28,672 nt of DNA, from positions 1 to 28,672 of IMG/VR virus record IMGVR_UViG_3300027813_001344; one strand, given 5' to 3'. The notes under the pieces were generated by a model, which was given only the letters and a program-made list of their open reading frames with translations, did not search any database and had not been told where the DNA came from. The DNA is from a virus (Duplodnaviria; Caudoviricetes). Position numbers and translations under genes: made by a program. This document shows, in pieces, positions 8,589 through 17,175 of the stretch (positions within the stretch are counted from its first letter, which is position 1; each line of letters starts with the position of its first letter).

Positions 8589-10045
8589 TGGTAAGCTGTC
8601 GAATAGTAATTCAAGATGAAGTTAATGTAAAGGTTGAAAATCTTCCTGTTGAGTATAGACGTAAGATTGCAAATAAATTAAAGTTTGCAGTACCTTATGC
8701 AAGATACTTACCGCAATATAAATTAGGTCGTTGGGACGGCAAGATTAACTTTTTTGGTATAGGAGGAACAGGATATGTTAACCATCTTGATATTATTGTT
8801 AATACTTTAGTAGATTCAGGAGTAGAAGTTGCAGAAATTAGCGACCTTCGGATTAAGCATAACTTAGCATTTAATAAAATTGATAAGGACTATTGGGCAC
8901 ATAAAACTTGGCCCGAAGGACACATCGCCGCTGGTGAAAAAATTGTATTAAGAGATTACCAAGTAGAAGTTGTTAATAATTTTTTAGAAACTCCACAAGC
9001 ATTACAAGAAGTTGCCACAGGGGCTGGCAAAACAATTATTACCGCAACACTATCACATCTTTGTGAACCATATGGTCGCACACTTGTAATTGTTCCTAAT
9101 AAAAGTTTAGTTACACAAACAGAAGAAGATTATGTTAACTGTGGATTAGATGTTGGTGTATACTTTGGTGATAGAAAAGAACTTGGTAAAACGCATACTA
9201 TTTGTACGTGGCAAAGTTTGAACATACTTGATAAGAAAAGTAAAGACTATGACGCTGTAGTAACACTAGCAGAGTTTTTAGAAGGCGTACAAACATTAAT
9301 TGTTGACGAAGTACACCAAGCTAAAGCTGAAGTATTAAAAAAATTACTAACACAGAATCTAAAAAATACTCCACTTAGATGGGGCTTAACAGGAACTGTA
9401 CCAAAAGAAGATTTTGAATTTCAGGCAATCTTAGCAAGTATAGGGCCTGTAATAGGAAAGATAACTGCTAAAGAGTTACAAGATAAAGGTGTATTATCTA
9501 ACTGTCATGTTAATGTAGTACAATTAATAGATACACAAGTGCATAATGGATACGCAGAAGAATTAAAATATCTTGTTACGCATGAAAAAAGAATAGCATA
9601 TATAGGCAAAATGATGAGCTCTATTAGAGACTCAGGAAATACATTAATACTTGTAGACCGTATTAAAGCAGGAGAACTGTTAGCAGAACAAATACCAGAA
9701 GCAGTTTTTATTAAAGGTGATGTAAAATTAAAAGATAGGAAAGAGCAATATGACGAAGTTAAATTAGCAACTAACAAAGTTATTATTGCAACTTATGGCG
9801 TTGCGGCTGTAGGGATTAATATACCTCGCATTTTTAATCTTGTTCTAATAGAACCTGGTAAGAGCTTTGTTCGTGTTATACAATCAATAGGCAGAGGTGT
9901 ACGTAAGGCAGAAGACAAAGACTTTGTACAAATATGGGATATTACGTCAACGTGTAAGTATGCAAAGCGACATTTAACACAACGTAAAAAGTTTTATAAA
10001 GAAGCTCAGTATCCTTTTTCAATAGAAAAACTTGACTGGACTTAA
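8588..10045 (+). CDS. uvsW: UvsW-like superfamily 2 DNA helicase
   Basis: LGRWDGKI, LRDYQ (Q motif), ATGAGKT, DEVH, GLTGT, GINIP, QSIGRGVR, IWDI. Confidence 0.9.
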   Translation: MVSCRIVIQDEVNVKVENLPVEYRRKIANKLKFAVPYARYLPQYKLGRWDGKINFFGIGGTGYVNHLDIIVNTLVDSGVEVAEISDLRIKHNLAFNKIDKDYWAHKTWPEGHIAAGEKIVLRDYQVEVVNNFLETPQALQEVATGAGKTIITATLSHLCEPYGRTLVIVPNKSLVTQTEEDYVNCGLDVGVYFGDRKELGKTHTICTWQSLNILDKKSKDYDAVVTLAEFLEGVQTLIVDEVHQAKAEVLKKLLTQNLKNTPLRWGLTGTVPKEDFEFQAILASIGPVIGKITAKELQDKGVLSNCHVNVVQLIDTQVHNGYAEELKYLVTHEKRIAYIGKMMSSIRDSGNTLILVDRIKAGELLAEQIPEAVFIKGDVKLKDRKEQYDEVKLATNKVIIATYGVAAVGINIPRIFNLVLIEPGKSFVRVIQSIGRGVRKAEDKDFVQIWDITSTCKYAKRHLTQRKKFYKEAQYPFSIEKLDWT

Positions 10046-10056
10046 AAGGAAAATAA

Positions 10057-10563
10057 ATGAAAATATTAACATTAGAGAACAAAACATTCCATCTTAATAA
10101 CTTACCAGAAGAACTAACGGACGATGTGAGATTTGCTGTTTTAGATAATTCAAATTCTAAAGAACCAGATTTCTTTTTTATTCCGCTAATCTTTTTAGAA
10201 AGTTTCAGTGCTCCTGCGATGGTATTAGAAATCAATGGCCGAGAAATCACTATGCCGGTAGACTGGAGTTTAGCTGTTGGCGATAGTCAAGGTGCTGGAG
10301 ACATCGAAGTACTACCGTTAACAAGTTTAAATGATAGAGGCTTCGAAGCATTCTTGTTTAATCCTCTAACAAGTTATACGTTAAATTGGGGAGACATAAA
10401 AATAACTAATTTTTATAATGATGTTAAATGGTATTTTCCTAAAATGAAAAACGGTCAGTTGTTAGCAATTCCGATCGAAGACGGTGACGATCCGTTATGT
10501 GCTTACTTTGTTAAAGACATTAGTAGACAAAGCGAGATGATTGATTATGGAGCATTGCTATAA
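10057..10563 (+). CDS. Hypothetical protein, possible degenerate Hint (intein-like) fold
   Basis: AAGGA SD; beta-rich pattern resembling Hint blocks B and F but without catalytic residues. Confidence 0.75.
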   Translation: MKILTLENKTFHLNNLPEELTDDVRFAVLDNSNSKEPDFFFIPLIFLESFSAPAMVLEINGREITMPVDWSLAVGDSQGAGDIEVLPLTSLNDRGFEAFLFNPLTSYTLNWGDIKITNFYNDVKWYFPKMKNGQLLAIPIEDGDDPLCAYFVKDISRQSEMIDYGALL

Positions 10564-10564
10564 T

Positions 10565-11299
10565 ATGTTTTGGAAAAAAAAGAAAACAGATACTATTGTA
10601 GTAAATGCATATACTGATAAGAAAGATCAGTATGATGCTTACCAACCTATGTTAGCTAGAAAGTTTCTTCCCGACTGGTGGAAAAACTTACCACAGCATA
10701 GAGAAACAGATATGCCTGGCTATGACAAAATGCCTGTTGCAACATTAAAAACTTGTCCTGCAATTAACGGCATCCTTAAAGAAGGAATTATATTTCCTGC
10801 TTGGTGTGAACTTCATGCCAGAGTAGATGCTGGTGGCAATAAGTTTTTCCATGCAGTACCTGATTATATACAAATAGTAGAACATGATAGACGTGATTTC
10901 GAACATCATAAGCCGGGATTGGCTCATGTTAAAATTACATCTCCGTGGACGTTAGTAGAAGAAACAGGAGTGCAATGGGTTTGGATGAAACCAGATTGGC
11001 ATCATGATAATCCTTTATCTTACTGGACTGTTCCAGGACTTATAGAATACAAGTACCAACATGCTTGTTTAAATAATATCTTTATTCCGCACGATACTCA
11101 ACTTACAATTCCAGCTGGATTACCTTGGTTACAACTAGTACCAATGTCTGATAAACCCGTAGAAATTCACTGCCATCTTATAAGTTCTGAGAGACAAGAC
11201 CAATTAAATAGTGGAGTAGCTCATTCAATATCAGGCGGATATTTGAAACGCAAACTTGCTATAAGAAAACAAGAGGAAAGACTAAATGAAGACAATTAG
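10565..11299 (+). CDS. Hypothetical phage protein (TxKxCP...GxIxPxW family), paralog of 18780..19505; start reassigned to ATG 10565
   Basis: FLPDWWK, TLKTCPAI..GIIFPAWCE, KITSPW, PGLIEY, AGLPWLQLVPM. Confidence 0.75.
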   Translation: MFWKKKKTDTIVVNAYTDKKDQYDAYQPMLARKFLPDWWKNLPQHRETDMPGYDKMPVATLKTCPAINGILKEGIIFPAWCELHARVDAGGNKFFHAVPDYIQIVEHDRRDFEHHKPGLAHVKITSPWTLVEETGVQWVWMKPDWHHDNPLSYWTVPGLIEYKYQHACLNNIFIPHDTQLTIPAGLPWLQLVPMSDKPVEIHCHLISSERQDQLNSGVAHSISGGYLKRKLAIRKQEERLNEDN

Positions 11300-11852
11300 T
11301 GAAGAATATGTATTACAACTAGCTCAACTACATAGTGAAAAAGCTTCATTTGGTGATGCTAAGGGGTTAAAACAAACAGAGAAATGGATTAGAAAATATA
11401 GTCCAAAAAGCATTGTTGACTACGGATGCGGAAAAGGTGGAGTAACGTTAGCGTTACAGGAAGCGTATCCTGACATGAGAGTTCAAGGATATGATCCAGG
11501 AAATTCTAATTTTAATACTAGGCCTGAAGGAACATTTGACATGCTTGTATCTACAGATGTACTAGAGCACATTGAACCTGTATTTTTAGAGAATGTATTA
11601 AAGCATATAAATGAATTATTTACAAAAGTTGCATTCTTAATTATTGCAACTAGTCCTGCTAAAAAGCATCTATCAGACGGACGTAATGCACATCTTATTG
11701 TTGAAAATCCTGGTTGGTGGAAACCGTTAATAGAGAAACACATTGACGGCAAAATTATACACCATGAATTTGCAGAGAAAACAAGAACAGATAAAAAAGG
11801 CGTAGTACATCCTAATAACAAATATGTTGTAGTGGTGGAGAAAAATGCCTAA
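11286..11852 (+). CDS. Class I SAM-dependent methyltransferase
   Basis: IVDYGCGKG, GYDPG, FDMLVSTDVLEHIEP, DGRNAHLI. Confidence 0.9.
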   Translation: MKTISEEYVLQLAQLHSEKASFGDAKGLKQTEKWIRKYSPKSIVDYGCGKGGVTLALQEAYPDMRVQGYDPGNSNFNTRPEGTFDMLVSTDVLEHIEPVFLENVLKHINELFTKVAFLIIATSPAKKHLSDGRNAHLIVENPGWWKPLIEKHIDGKIIHHEFAEKTRTDKKGVVHPNNKYVVVVEKNA

Positions 11853-12330
11853 AGAGAAAGTATCACAGCCTATGATAGTACTTGCCCAATTTCCAAAAGC
11901 AACGGAAATTAGATGGGAAGATGTACTAGAAAAAATAGAATGGGATTCTACAAATGATCCTGAAAGTGTTAAATATCTAGGCAACGAAATCATCGATGGA
12001 GACCTTGATCCAGACAACTTACCAACAATGATATTACATTCAACGCATTATCCTGCTTCGATACAAAATGCATTTAACGAAGTAGGAAGGTTAAAAGAAG
12101 TTAAAGGTATGTGCCTGTATGTTTCGTTTGATGCGGACGCCCCTACACTTGGACCACATAGTAATAAAAAAGATATATTGCTTGTCGGAGGGACTGGAAA
12201 GGTAGGATATGCTTTAACCGGTACAGGTGAAACTTGGTTAACCCCTGGAGATTTATTATATATTCCAGCTGGTACAACATACGAAGAAGTTACTACAGGA
12301 GCCCGTGCTACTATGAGATTTGATTTATGA
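11845..12330 (+). CDS. JmjC/cupin-like protein with degenerate metal ligands
   Basis: LYVSF..TLGPHSN..DILLV..GKVGY..LTPGDLLYIPAGTTY; HxD reads HSN and the distal His position reads Tyr. Confidence 0.7.
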   Translation: MPKEKVSQPMIVLAQFPKATEIRWEDVLEKIEWDSTNDPESVKYLGNEIIDGDLDPDNLPTMILHSTHYPASIQNAFNEVGRLKEVKGMCLYVSFDADAPTLGPHSNKKDILLVGGTGKVGYALTGTGETWLTPGDLLYIPAGTTYEEVTTGARATMRFDL

Positions 12331-12836
12331 TGGCAACAGAATACACAATACAAGACAACTTTTTGGACAGAGACGTTTTTAGATTTATGTCTGATCAACT
12401 TATGGGCGATCATTTTCCTTGGAATTATATGACCGGAGTAGTAGGGTATGCTGACACACCGACTACTGATGATGGTGATTACTATTACTTTACACATGGC
12501 TATTATAGAGATAATAAGTATTGGACAAACTATGGAAGTGTATTTGACCCACTTATAGATGCCCTTGATGTTACGGCATTAATACGTGTTAAAGCTAATC
12601 TTTATCCTAACGTAGGACAGCATCATCAACATGGATGGCATTCTGATTTTGCCATTAAACACACCTCTTCAATCTTATATATTAATTCTAACAACGGTTA
12701 TACAGTTTTAGAAGATGGTACAAAAATAGAAAGTCGAGCTAACCGACTCGTAACATTTGACGGAAGTTTAGAACATGCAAGTACAACATGCACTGATGCA
12801 AATGTTAGAGTTAATATAGGAGTTAATTACATTTAA
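12327..12836 (+). CDS. 2OG-Fe(II) oxygenase
   Basis: QDNFLD, RVKANL, WHSD (HxD), LYINSNNGYT, NRLVTFDG..EH, RVNIGVNY. Confidence 0.88.
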   Translation: MMATEYTIQDNFLDRDVFRFMSDQLMGDHFPWNYMTGVVGYADTPTTDDGDYYYFTHGYYRDNKYWTNYGSVFDPLIDALDVTALIRVKANLYPNVGQHHQHGWHSDFAIKHTSSILYINSNNGYTVLEDGTKIESRANRLVTFDGSLEHASTTCTDANVRVNIGVNYI

Positions 12837-13567
12837 TGTCTTTTACAAATTTAATAACTAATGCAATAGATACTATCTTAGATGAAATTACGGATAACGG
12901 AAAGAGTACACCGTCAGTAGTTGAACTTGGGAATCAAAGATTAAAAAATAATAAGTCACGTTCTAAAATTTATAATAGACTTGGCATTACAGGAACTCCG
13001 AATCTTTCTACAACAAAAGAATTTTATCATGATATAGGATTTAAAAAATATCTTGCTATTGATGTAAACACAGATAAGGATGCAGTTGCACTAGATCTAA
13101 ATATGGATCTAGGTAAACATTACGGATTTAATGAAAAATTCGATTTAGTAACTAATAATGGGACAGGGGAACATGTCTTCAATCAATATATGGTCTTTAA
13201 AAATGCTCATGACTTATGTCAGCCCAACGGCTTTATGGTACACGTATTGCCTTTTTATAGATGGGTTGATCATGGTTTCTATAATTTTCAACCTAATTTA
13301 TTTCCATGCCTAGCATTGCAAAACAATTATAAATTATGTCAATTATGGATTGGCGAAAGTAACGCTGGTCGTATTGAAAAACTTGGCGGCAAACTATCTC
13401 GTGATAAAGGATACCGACATGATTTTGATTTAGATACATGGGATCGTGATCCGATGATTGTTGCAGTTATGCAAAAGTTAGAGAATAATGAGTTTAGTTC
13501 TCCACAACAACATTTATATAATAATGATAATATTTCAAGTGATGAAATACAATCGAGATATAAATGA
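12836..13567 (+). CDS. Class I SAM-dependent methyltransferase-like protein
   Basis: VVELGNQ, YLAIDVN, LDLN, FDLVTNNGTGEHVFNQ, PNGFMVHVLP, DHGFYNFQP. Confidence 0.8.
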   Translation: MSFTNLITNAIDTILDEITDNGKSTPSVVELGNQRLKNNKSRSKIYNRLGITGTPNLSTTKEFYHDIGFKKYLAIDVNTDKDAVALDLNMDLGKHYGFNEKFDLVTNNGTGEHVFNQYMVFKNAHDLCQPNGFMVHVLPFYRWVDHGFYNFQPNLFPCLALQNNYKLCQLWIGESNAGRIEKLGGKLSRDKGYRHDFDLDTWDRDPMIVAVMQKLENNEFSSPQQHLYNNDNISSDEIQSRYK

Positions 13568-14322
13568 ATTTATCCATATTACAAAATTTTAAACCAGAAC
13601 ATCTTAAAATGGATCCGTTCCCACATATTCATATACCACAAGTATTACCTTGGGAATTATATAAATCATTAGAAGAAGAGTATCCAGAGGATCACATGCT
13701 TAATGGTGAAACTTTAGGTTTTGGTGATAAACGCTACCAACAAAAAGATTGGGACTATAGTTTTATTACTCCATTGTGGAAAGCATTTGCTGACTTCCAT
13801 ACTAGTAAATCTTTTAAGGATGAAGTTGTACAAGTACTTAGTGAAGCAATAAAAAGCCATTATGGCGATAGATTACATGTTAAATATGCAAGATCTTTAG
13901 TAAAACTTAGATACGATGCGGAACCCGTTGATGCTATGAAAATGGAAATGCAATTTGTTATAAATGCTATCGACAGTCAACATATTAGAACACCCCATGT
14001 TGATCAAGCTAGAGAATTATTTGCATTGTTATTTTACTTTAAAAAGTTTACTGATAAAGGCAATGACGGAGGCTTGAACGTTTATAAAAAGAAAACAAAA
14101 GGACAATGGCGCAGACAAGGTGGTGGACGTGAAGCATTACCCGATGATATTGAAGTTGTTGGGCATATACCTTATACAAAAAATACACTAGTAGCTTTTC
14201 TAAATACAGTCGATAGCATACACGGAGTTACGCCAAGAGATAATCCAACTACAGTTAGACGATATGTAAATATTGATTGTCATGTACAAGAAAAGTTATT
14301 TAAATTTGGAGAAGATATATAG
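13564..14322 (+). CDS. 2OG-Fe(II) oxygenase
   Basis: DPFPHIHI, PHVD (HxD), LLFYF, DGGLNVY, NTLVAFLNT..SIHGVTPR..RRYVNI. Confidence 0.85.
   Translation: MNLSILQNFKPEHLKMDPFPHIHIPQVLPWELYKSLEEEYPEDHMLNGETLGFGDKRYQQKDWDYSFITPLWKAFADFHTSKSFKDEVVQVLSEAIKSHYGDRLHVKYARSLVKLRYDAEPVDAMKMEMQFVINAIDSQHIRTPHVDQARELFALLFYFKKFTDKGNDGGLNVYKKKTKGQWRRQGGGREALPDDIEVVGHIPYTKNTLVAFLNTVDSIHGVTPRDNPTTVRRYVNIDCHVQEKLFKFGEDI
14288..14318 (+). repeat. Imperfect direct repeat, left copy flanking kdsB
   Basis: AAGAAAAGTTATTTAAATTTGGAGAAGATAT; matches 15079-15112 except for homopolymer-length indels. Confidence 0.85.
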
Positions 14323-14324
14323 TA

Positions 14325-15062
14325 ATGGATTTCTCAGTTATCATTCCTGCTCGATATGCTTCTAGTCGTTTACCAGCAAAGCTACTGGAAAAAATAAATG
14401 GCAAAACACTTATTGAGCATACTTATTCAAATGCAGTTATGAGTTCTGCTAAACGTGTAATTATTGCAACGGATGATGAAAGAATAAGTGTAGTTGCTAA
14501 AGACTTTGGTGCTGAGGTTTGTATGACTGACTCAAGCCACACATCTGGAACTTCTCGCTTATCTGAAGTAGTTACATCTTTAGAGTTTAATGATGATGAA
14601 GTGGTTGTTAATGTTCAAGGTGATGAGCCTATGATGAGTCCTAGTGCAATAAACCAAGTTGCTTCTAATTTAATTAATAGTAGTATGAGTGTTGCAACGC
14701 TATGTGAAAAACTTGATAGTAAAGAGTCTTACTTTGATCTAAATTGCGTTAAAGTTGTATATACTTCACACAGTAAAGCATTGTACTTCTCAAGATCACC
14801 GATTCCTGCTTTTAGAAATAGCAGTGAGATTAACTTAGATTTGTGTTTCCGTCATGTTGGCCTATATGCTTATCGCGTTAGTTTTTTAAAACAATATTTG
14901 CAAATGGGTAAGTCTGAGCTAGAACTAGCTGAGAAATTGGAGCAGTTAACTATATTAAACCAAGGAATCGATATTCACGTTGAACCTGCATGTGCTCCAA
15001 CTGGATATGGTATTGATACAGAATTTGATTTGAAAAAAGTTAAAGAGGAATTAAAACTATAA
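14325..15062 (+). CDS. kdsB: 3-deoxy-D-manno-octulosonate cytidylyltransferase (CMP-Kdo synthetase)
   Basis: IIPARYASSRLPAK, IATDD, HTSGTSR, VVNVQGDEP, VKVV, ALYFSRSPIP, RHVGLYAYR, EKLEQL, GIDT..DL. Confidence 0.95.
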   Translation: MDFSVIIPARYASSRLPAKLLEKINGKTLIEHTYSNAVMSSAKRVIIATDDERISVVAKDFGAEVCMTDSSHTSGTSRLSEVVTSLEFNDDEVVVNVQGDEPMMSPSAINQVASNLINSSMSVATLCEKLDSKESYFDLNCVKVVYTSHSKALYFSRSPIPAFRNSSEINLDLCFRHVGLYAYRVSFLKQYLQMGKSELELAEKLEQLTILNQGIDIHVEPACAPTGYGIDTEFDLKKVKEELKL

Positions 15063-15078
15063 CTAAATCTTGATGGTA

Positions 15079-15112
15079 AAGAAAAGTTATTTTAAATTTG
15101 GAGAAAAGATAT
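15079..15112 (+). repeat. Imperfect direct repeat, right copy flanking kdsB (contains the GGAG SD of the next gene)
   Basis: AAGAAAAGTTATTTTAAATTTGGAGAAAAGATAT. Confidence 0.85.
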
Positions 15113-15476
15113 GACAGTAAAAGCGGGTAAAGTATGGGGTCAAACAGAATTAATTCATGCTAACGGTGTATTAGAATTTCATCGTATTGAATTTAAAGCA
15201 GGCTATAAATGTTCAGAACACGAACATCAATATAAGTTTAACGGCTTCTATGTTGAACAAGGTTCGATGATTGTACGTGTTTGGCAAGATGGAGAACAAG
15301 AAGGATTAGTAGATGAAACTATTCTTGGACCAGGAGATTTTACTGTAGTTAAGCCAGGAAAGATTCATCAATTTGAAGGTATAAAAGATGGTGTAGCTTT
15401 TGAACTTTATTGGGCTGAGTTCGACCATAATGACATTGTAAGACGAACTGTAGGAACAGTTGTCAAGGAGAAATAA
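15111..15476 (+). CDS. Cupin (mannose-6-phosphate isomerase-like / sugar isomerase)
   Basis: GKVWG, CSEHEH..KFNGFYVEQG, LGPGDFTVVKPGKIHQF, FELYW, DIVR. Confidence 0.8.
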   Translation: MTVKAGKVWGQTELIHANGVLEFHRIEFKAGYKCSEHEHQYKFNGFYVEQGSMIVRVWQDGEQEGLVDETILGPGDFTVVKPGKIHQFEGIKDGVAFELYWAEFDHNDIVRRTVGTVVKEK

Positions 15477-15695
15477 ATGCCTTTGTATCACTACAAATGT
15501 CCACTATGTGCATGGACTGAAAGAGTTGACGTACGAATTCACGATAGAAATAATAAACAATGGTGTCAAGGATGTCGTGATTATATAATGAAAAGAACAT
15601 CTTGGCGCTTAAAACCCGAAGGATGGACATCTAATGAAAATGACGATGTCGTCTTAAGAAAGGAGTTTCGAAAATATGAAGGACCAACAGCCTAA
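15477..15695 (+). CDS. FmdB-like zinc ribbon protein
   Basis: MPLYHYKCPLC...CQGC; AAGGAG SD. Confidence 0.72.
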   Translation: MPLYHYKCPLCAWTERVDVRIHDRNNKQWCQGCRDYIMKRTSWRLKPEGWTSNENDDVVLRKEFRKYEGPTA

Positions 15696-15843
15696 AATCT
15701 ATGAACGTAATCCTGATACAGGAGTAATACGTTGGAGATATCTGGGGGAAGACCCAAATGTATATGGATGGCCAAATTATGGTAACATCCTGTCCGAAGA
15801 AGAAGCTAATAAATTGGAGAGACCATTAAATGAAAAAACGTGA
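15676..15843 (+). CDS. Small hypothetical protein (55 aa), not in ORF track
   Basis: MKDQQPKIYERNPDTGVIRWRYLGEDPNVYGWPNYGNILSEEEANKLERPLNEKT*; AAGGAG upstream. Confidence 0.65.
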   Translation: MKDQQPKIYERNPDTGVIRWRYLGEDPNVYGWPNYGNILSEEEANKLERPLNEKT

Positions 15844-16009
15844 TGTTCAGGTATCTTTAAAATTTATGATGTACAAAGACGAATATCAAGAATTAGCTGA
15901 TTGCATTCGTTCCGACCAATTATCTGCAAGACAAGTTGTTGTAGAATTTGAAGAAGATCCTGAATTTGCAAAATGGTATAAAAAGAAATACTTGACTTCT
16001 AACAAATAA
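15830..16009 (+). CDS. Small hypothetical protein (59 aa), not in ORF track
   Basis: MKKRDVQVSLKFMMYKDEYQELADCIRSDQLSARQVVVEFEEDPEFAKWYKKKYLTSNK*; GGAG upstream. Confidence 0.65.
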   Translation: MKKRDVQVSLKFMMYKDEYQELADCIRSDQLSARQVVVEFEEDPEFAKWYKKKYLTSNK

Positions 16010-16020
16010 GAAAGTATAAT
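15992..16020 (+). promoter_or_regulatory. Sigma70-type promoter TTGACT-N17-TATAAT, 6 nt before ATG 16027
   Basis: -35 at 15992-15997, -10 at 16015-16020. Confidence 0.88.
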
Positions 16021-16026
16021 ATAAAC

Positions 16027-16488
16027 ATGAGTTCTAAAAGAAAGTTACCATTATCAGAAGTCTTCGCTTGTATGGATGGCGATGTAAAGTCAGCGTATGA
16101 CGACTGGACCGAAGAAGAAAAGAAAGATTTAACTTTTTGGCTTTTAAATAGATATGCAAGTATTGTTGAAGGTGACCGTGATGCACAAGAGTTAGCAGTT
16201 TTGTTAACTAACGAGTACTTCAACAAAAACTATATGGCTATTGCAAAACATCCAAAGCTACAATGGTTAACATTGTGTGGTACTCATAATGCTAAAAGAG
16301 CGCCACGTAGGCATGGCTGGATAGGACAGAAAAAAATAAAAGTTACTCCAGCAACAAAGTTTTTAGCAACAACATATCCTAATATGAAAGAAGACGAGGT
16401 CGAATTACTTGCTAGAATATCTACAAAAGCGGAACTTAAAGAACTTGCCCAAGACTTGGGATACGAGAAAAAAGATGTCAAACTCTAA
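16027..16488 (+). CDS. Putative clamp-loader small subunit (T4 gp62-like)
   Basis: Pattern FWLLNRYAS..LTNE..LQW..L..RRHGWI..KK..FLATTYP..LLARISTKAELKE resembles the gp62 family; size fits. Confidence 0.55.
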   Translation: MSSKRKLPLSEVFACMDGDVKSAYDDWTEEEKKDLTFWLLNRYASIVEGDRDAQELAVLLTNEYFNKNYMAIAKHPKLQWLTLCGTHNAKRAPRRHGWIGQKKIKVTPATKFLATTYPNMKEDEVELLARISTKAELKELAQDLGYEKKDVKL

Positions 16489-17161
16489 GCCATACATCTG
16501 TAAGTATTGTAATGCAGGATACACAAGAGAAAAAACTCTTGCTGTTCATATGTGTGAAAAGAAAAGACGTCATTTTCAAAAAGATGAAAAGCGAGTGCAA
16601 TTAGGTCATCTTACATTTATAAGATTCTATCAATTGTGCCAGAAATATGCTGGAGTAAAAACTTATGAAGAATTTTGTGAGAGTCCTTACTATAATGCTT
16701 TTGTCAAGTTTGGCAGTTTTGTCAGTAACGTACGACCTTTATATCCTGACAAGTATGTAGACTATGTAGTTACTAGTGGAGTTAAATTAGATCACTGGTG
16801 TAGAGAAGAGTTATATGAAAAGTATGCATTAGAATTAATACTTAAAGAAAGTGTAGAAACGGCACTTGAAAGATCTGTTAAGACAATGATGGATTGGGGC
16901 ATTGACAAAGAAGCTCAGTGGAACCATTATTTTTCTTATGCTAGTTTGAATAGAGCGTGTCAAGATATTAAAGATGGTAAAATAAGTCCATGGTTAATAC
17001 TAAACTGTAAGAGTGGCAAGGAAATGTTAAGCAAATTTAATGACGAACAGTTACAAATAGTATTTCATGTATTAAACCCGCAACATTGGGCCGTGCGTTT
17101 TAAAAGACATGTTGCCGATGTTGAACTTGTTAAAGAAGTAGCAAGGGAAAGTAATTTATAG
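16475..17161 (+). CDS. Hypothetical protein with N-terminal CxxC...HxC zinc finger; start reassigned to ATG 16475
   Basis: YICKYCNAGYTREKTLAVHMCEKKRR; GKISPWLIL. Confidence 0.78.
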   Translation: MSNSKPYICKYCNAGYTREKTLAVHMCEKKRRHFQKDEKRVQLGHLTFIRFYQLCQKYAGVKTYEEFCESPYYNAFVKFGSFVSNVRPLYPDKYVDYVVTSGVKLDHWCREELYEKYALELILKESVETALERSVKTMMDWGIDKEAQWNHYFSYASLNRACQDIKDGKISPWLILNCKSGKEMLSKFNDEQLQIVFHVLNPQHWAVRFKRHVADVELVKEVARESNL

Positions 17162-17175
17162 AGAGAACCTAGATA

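Noticed and set aside
10574-10581. A8 homopolymer near a gene start (another at 22309-22316) as a phase-variation tract
   Set aside because: Short, in frame, encodes Lys runs, and is expected in AT-rich DNA
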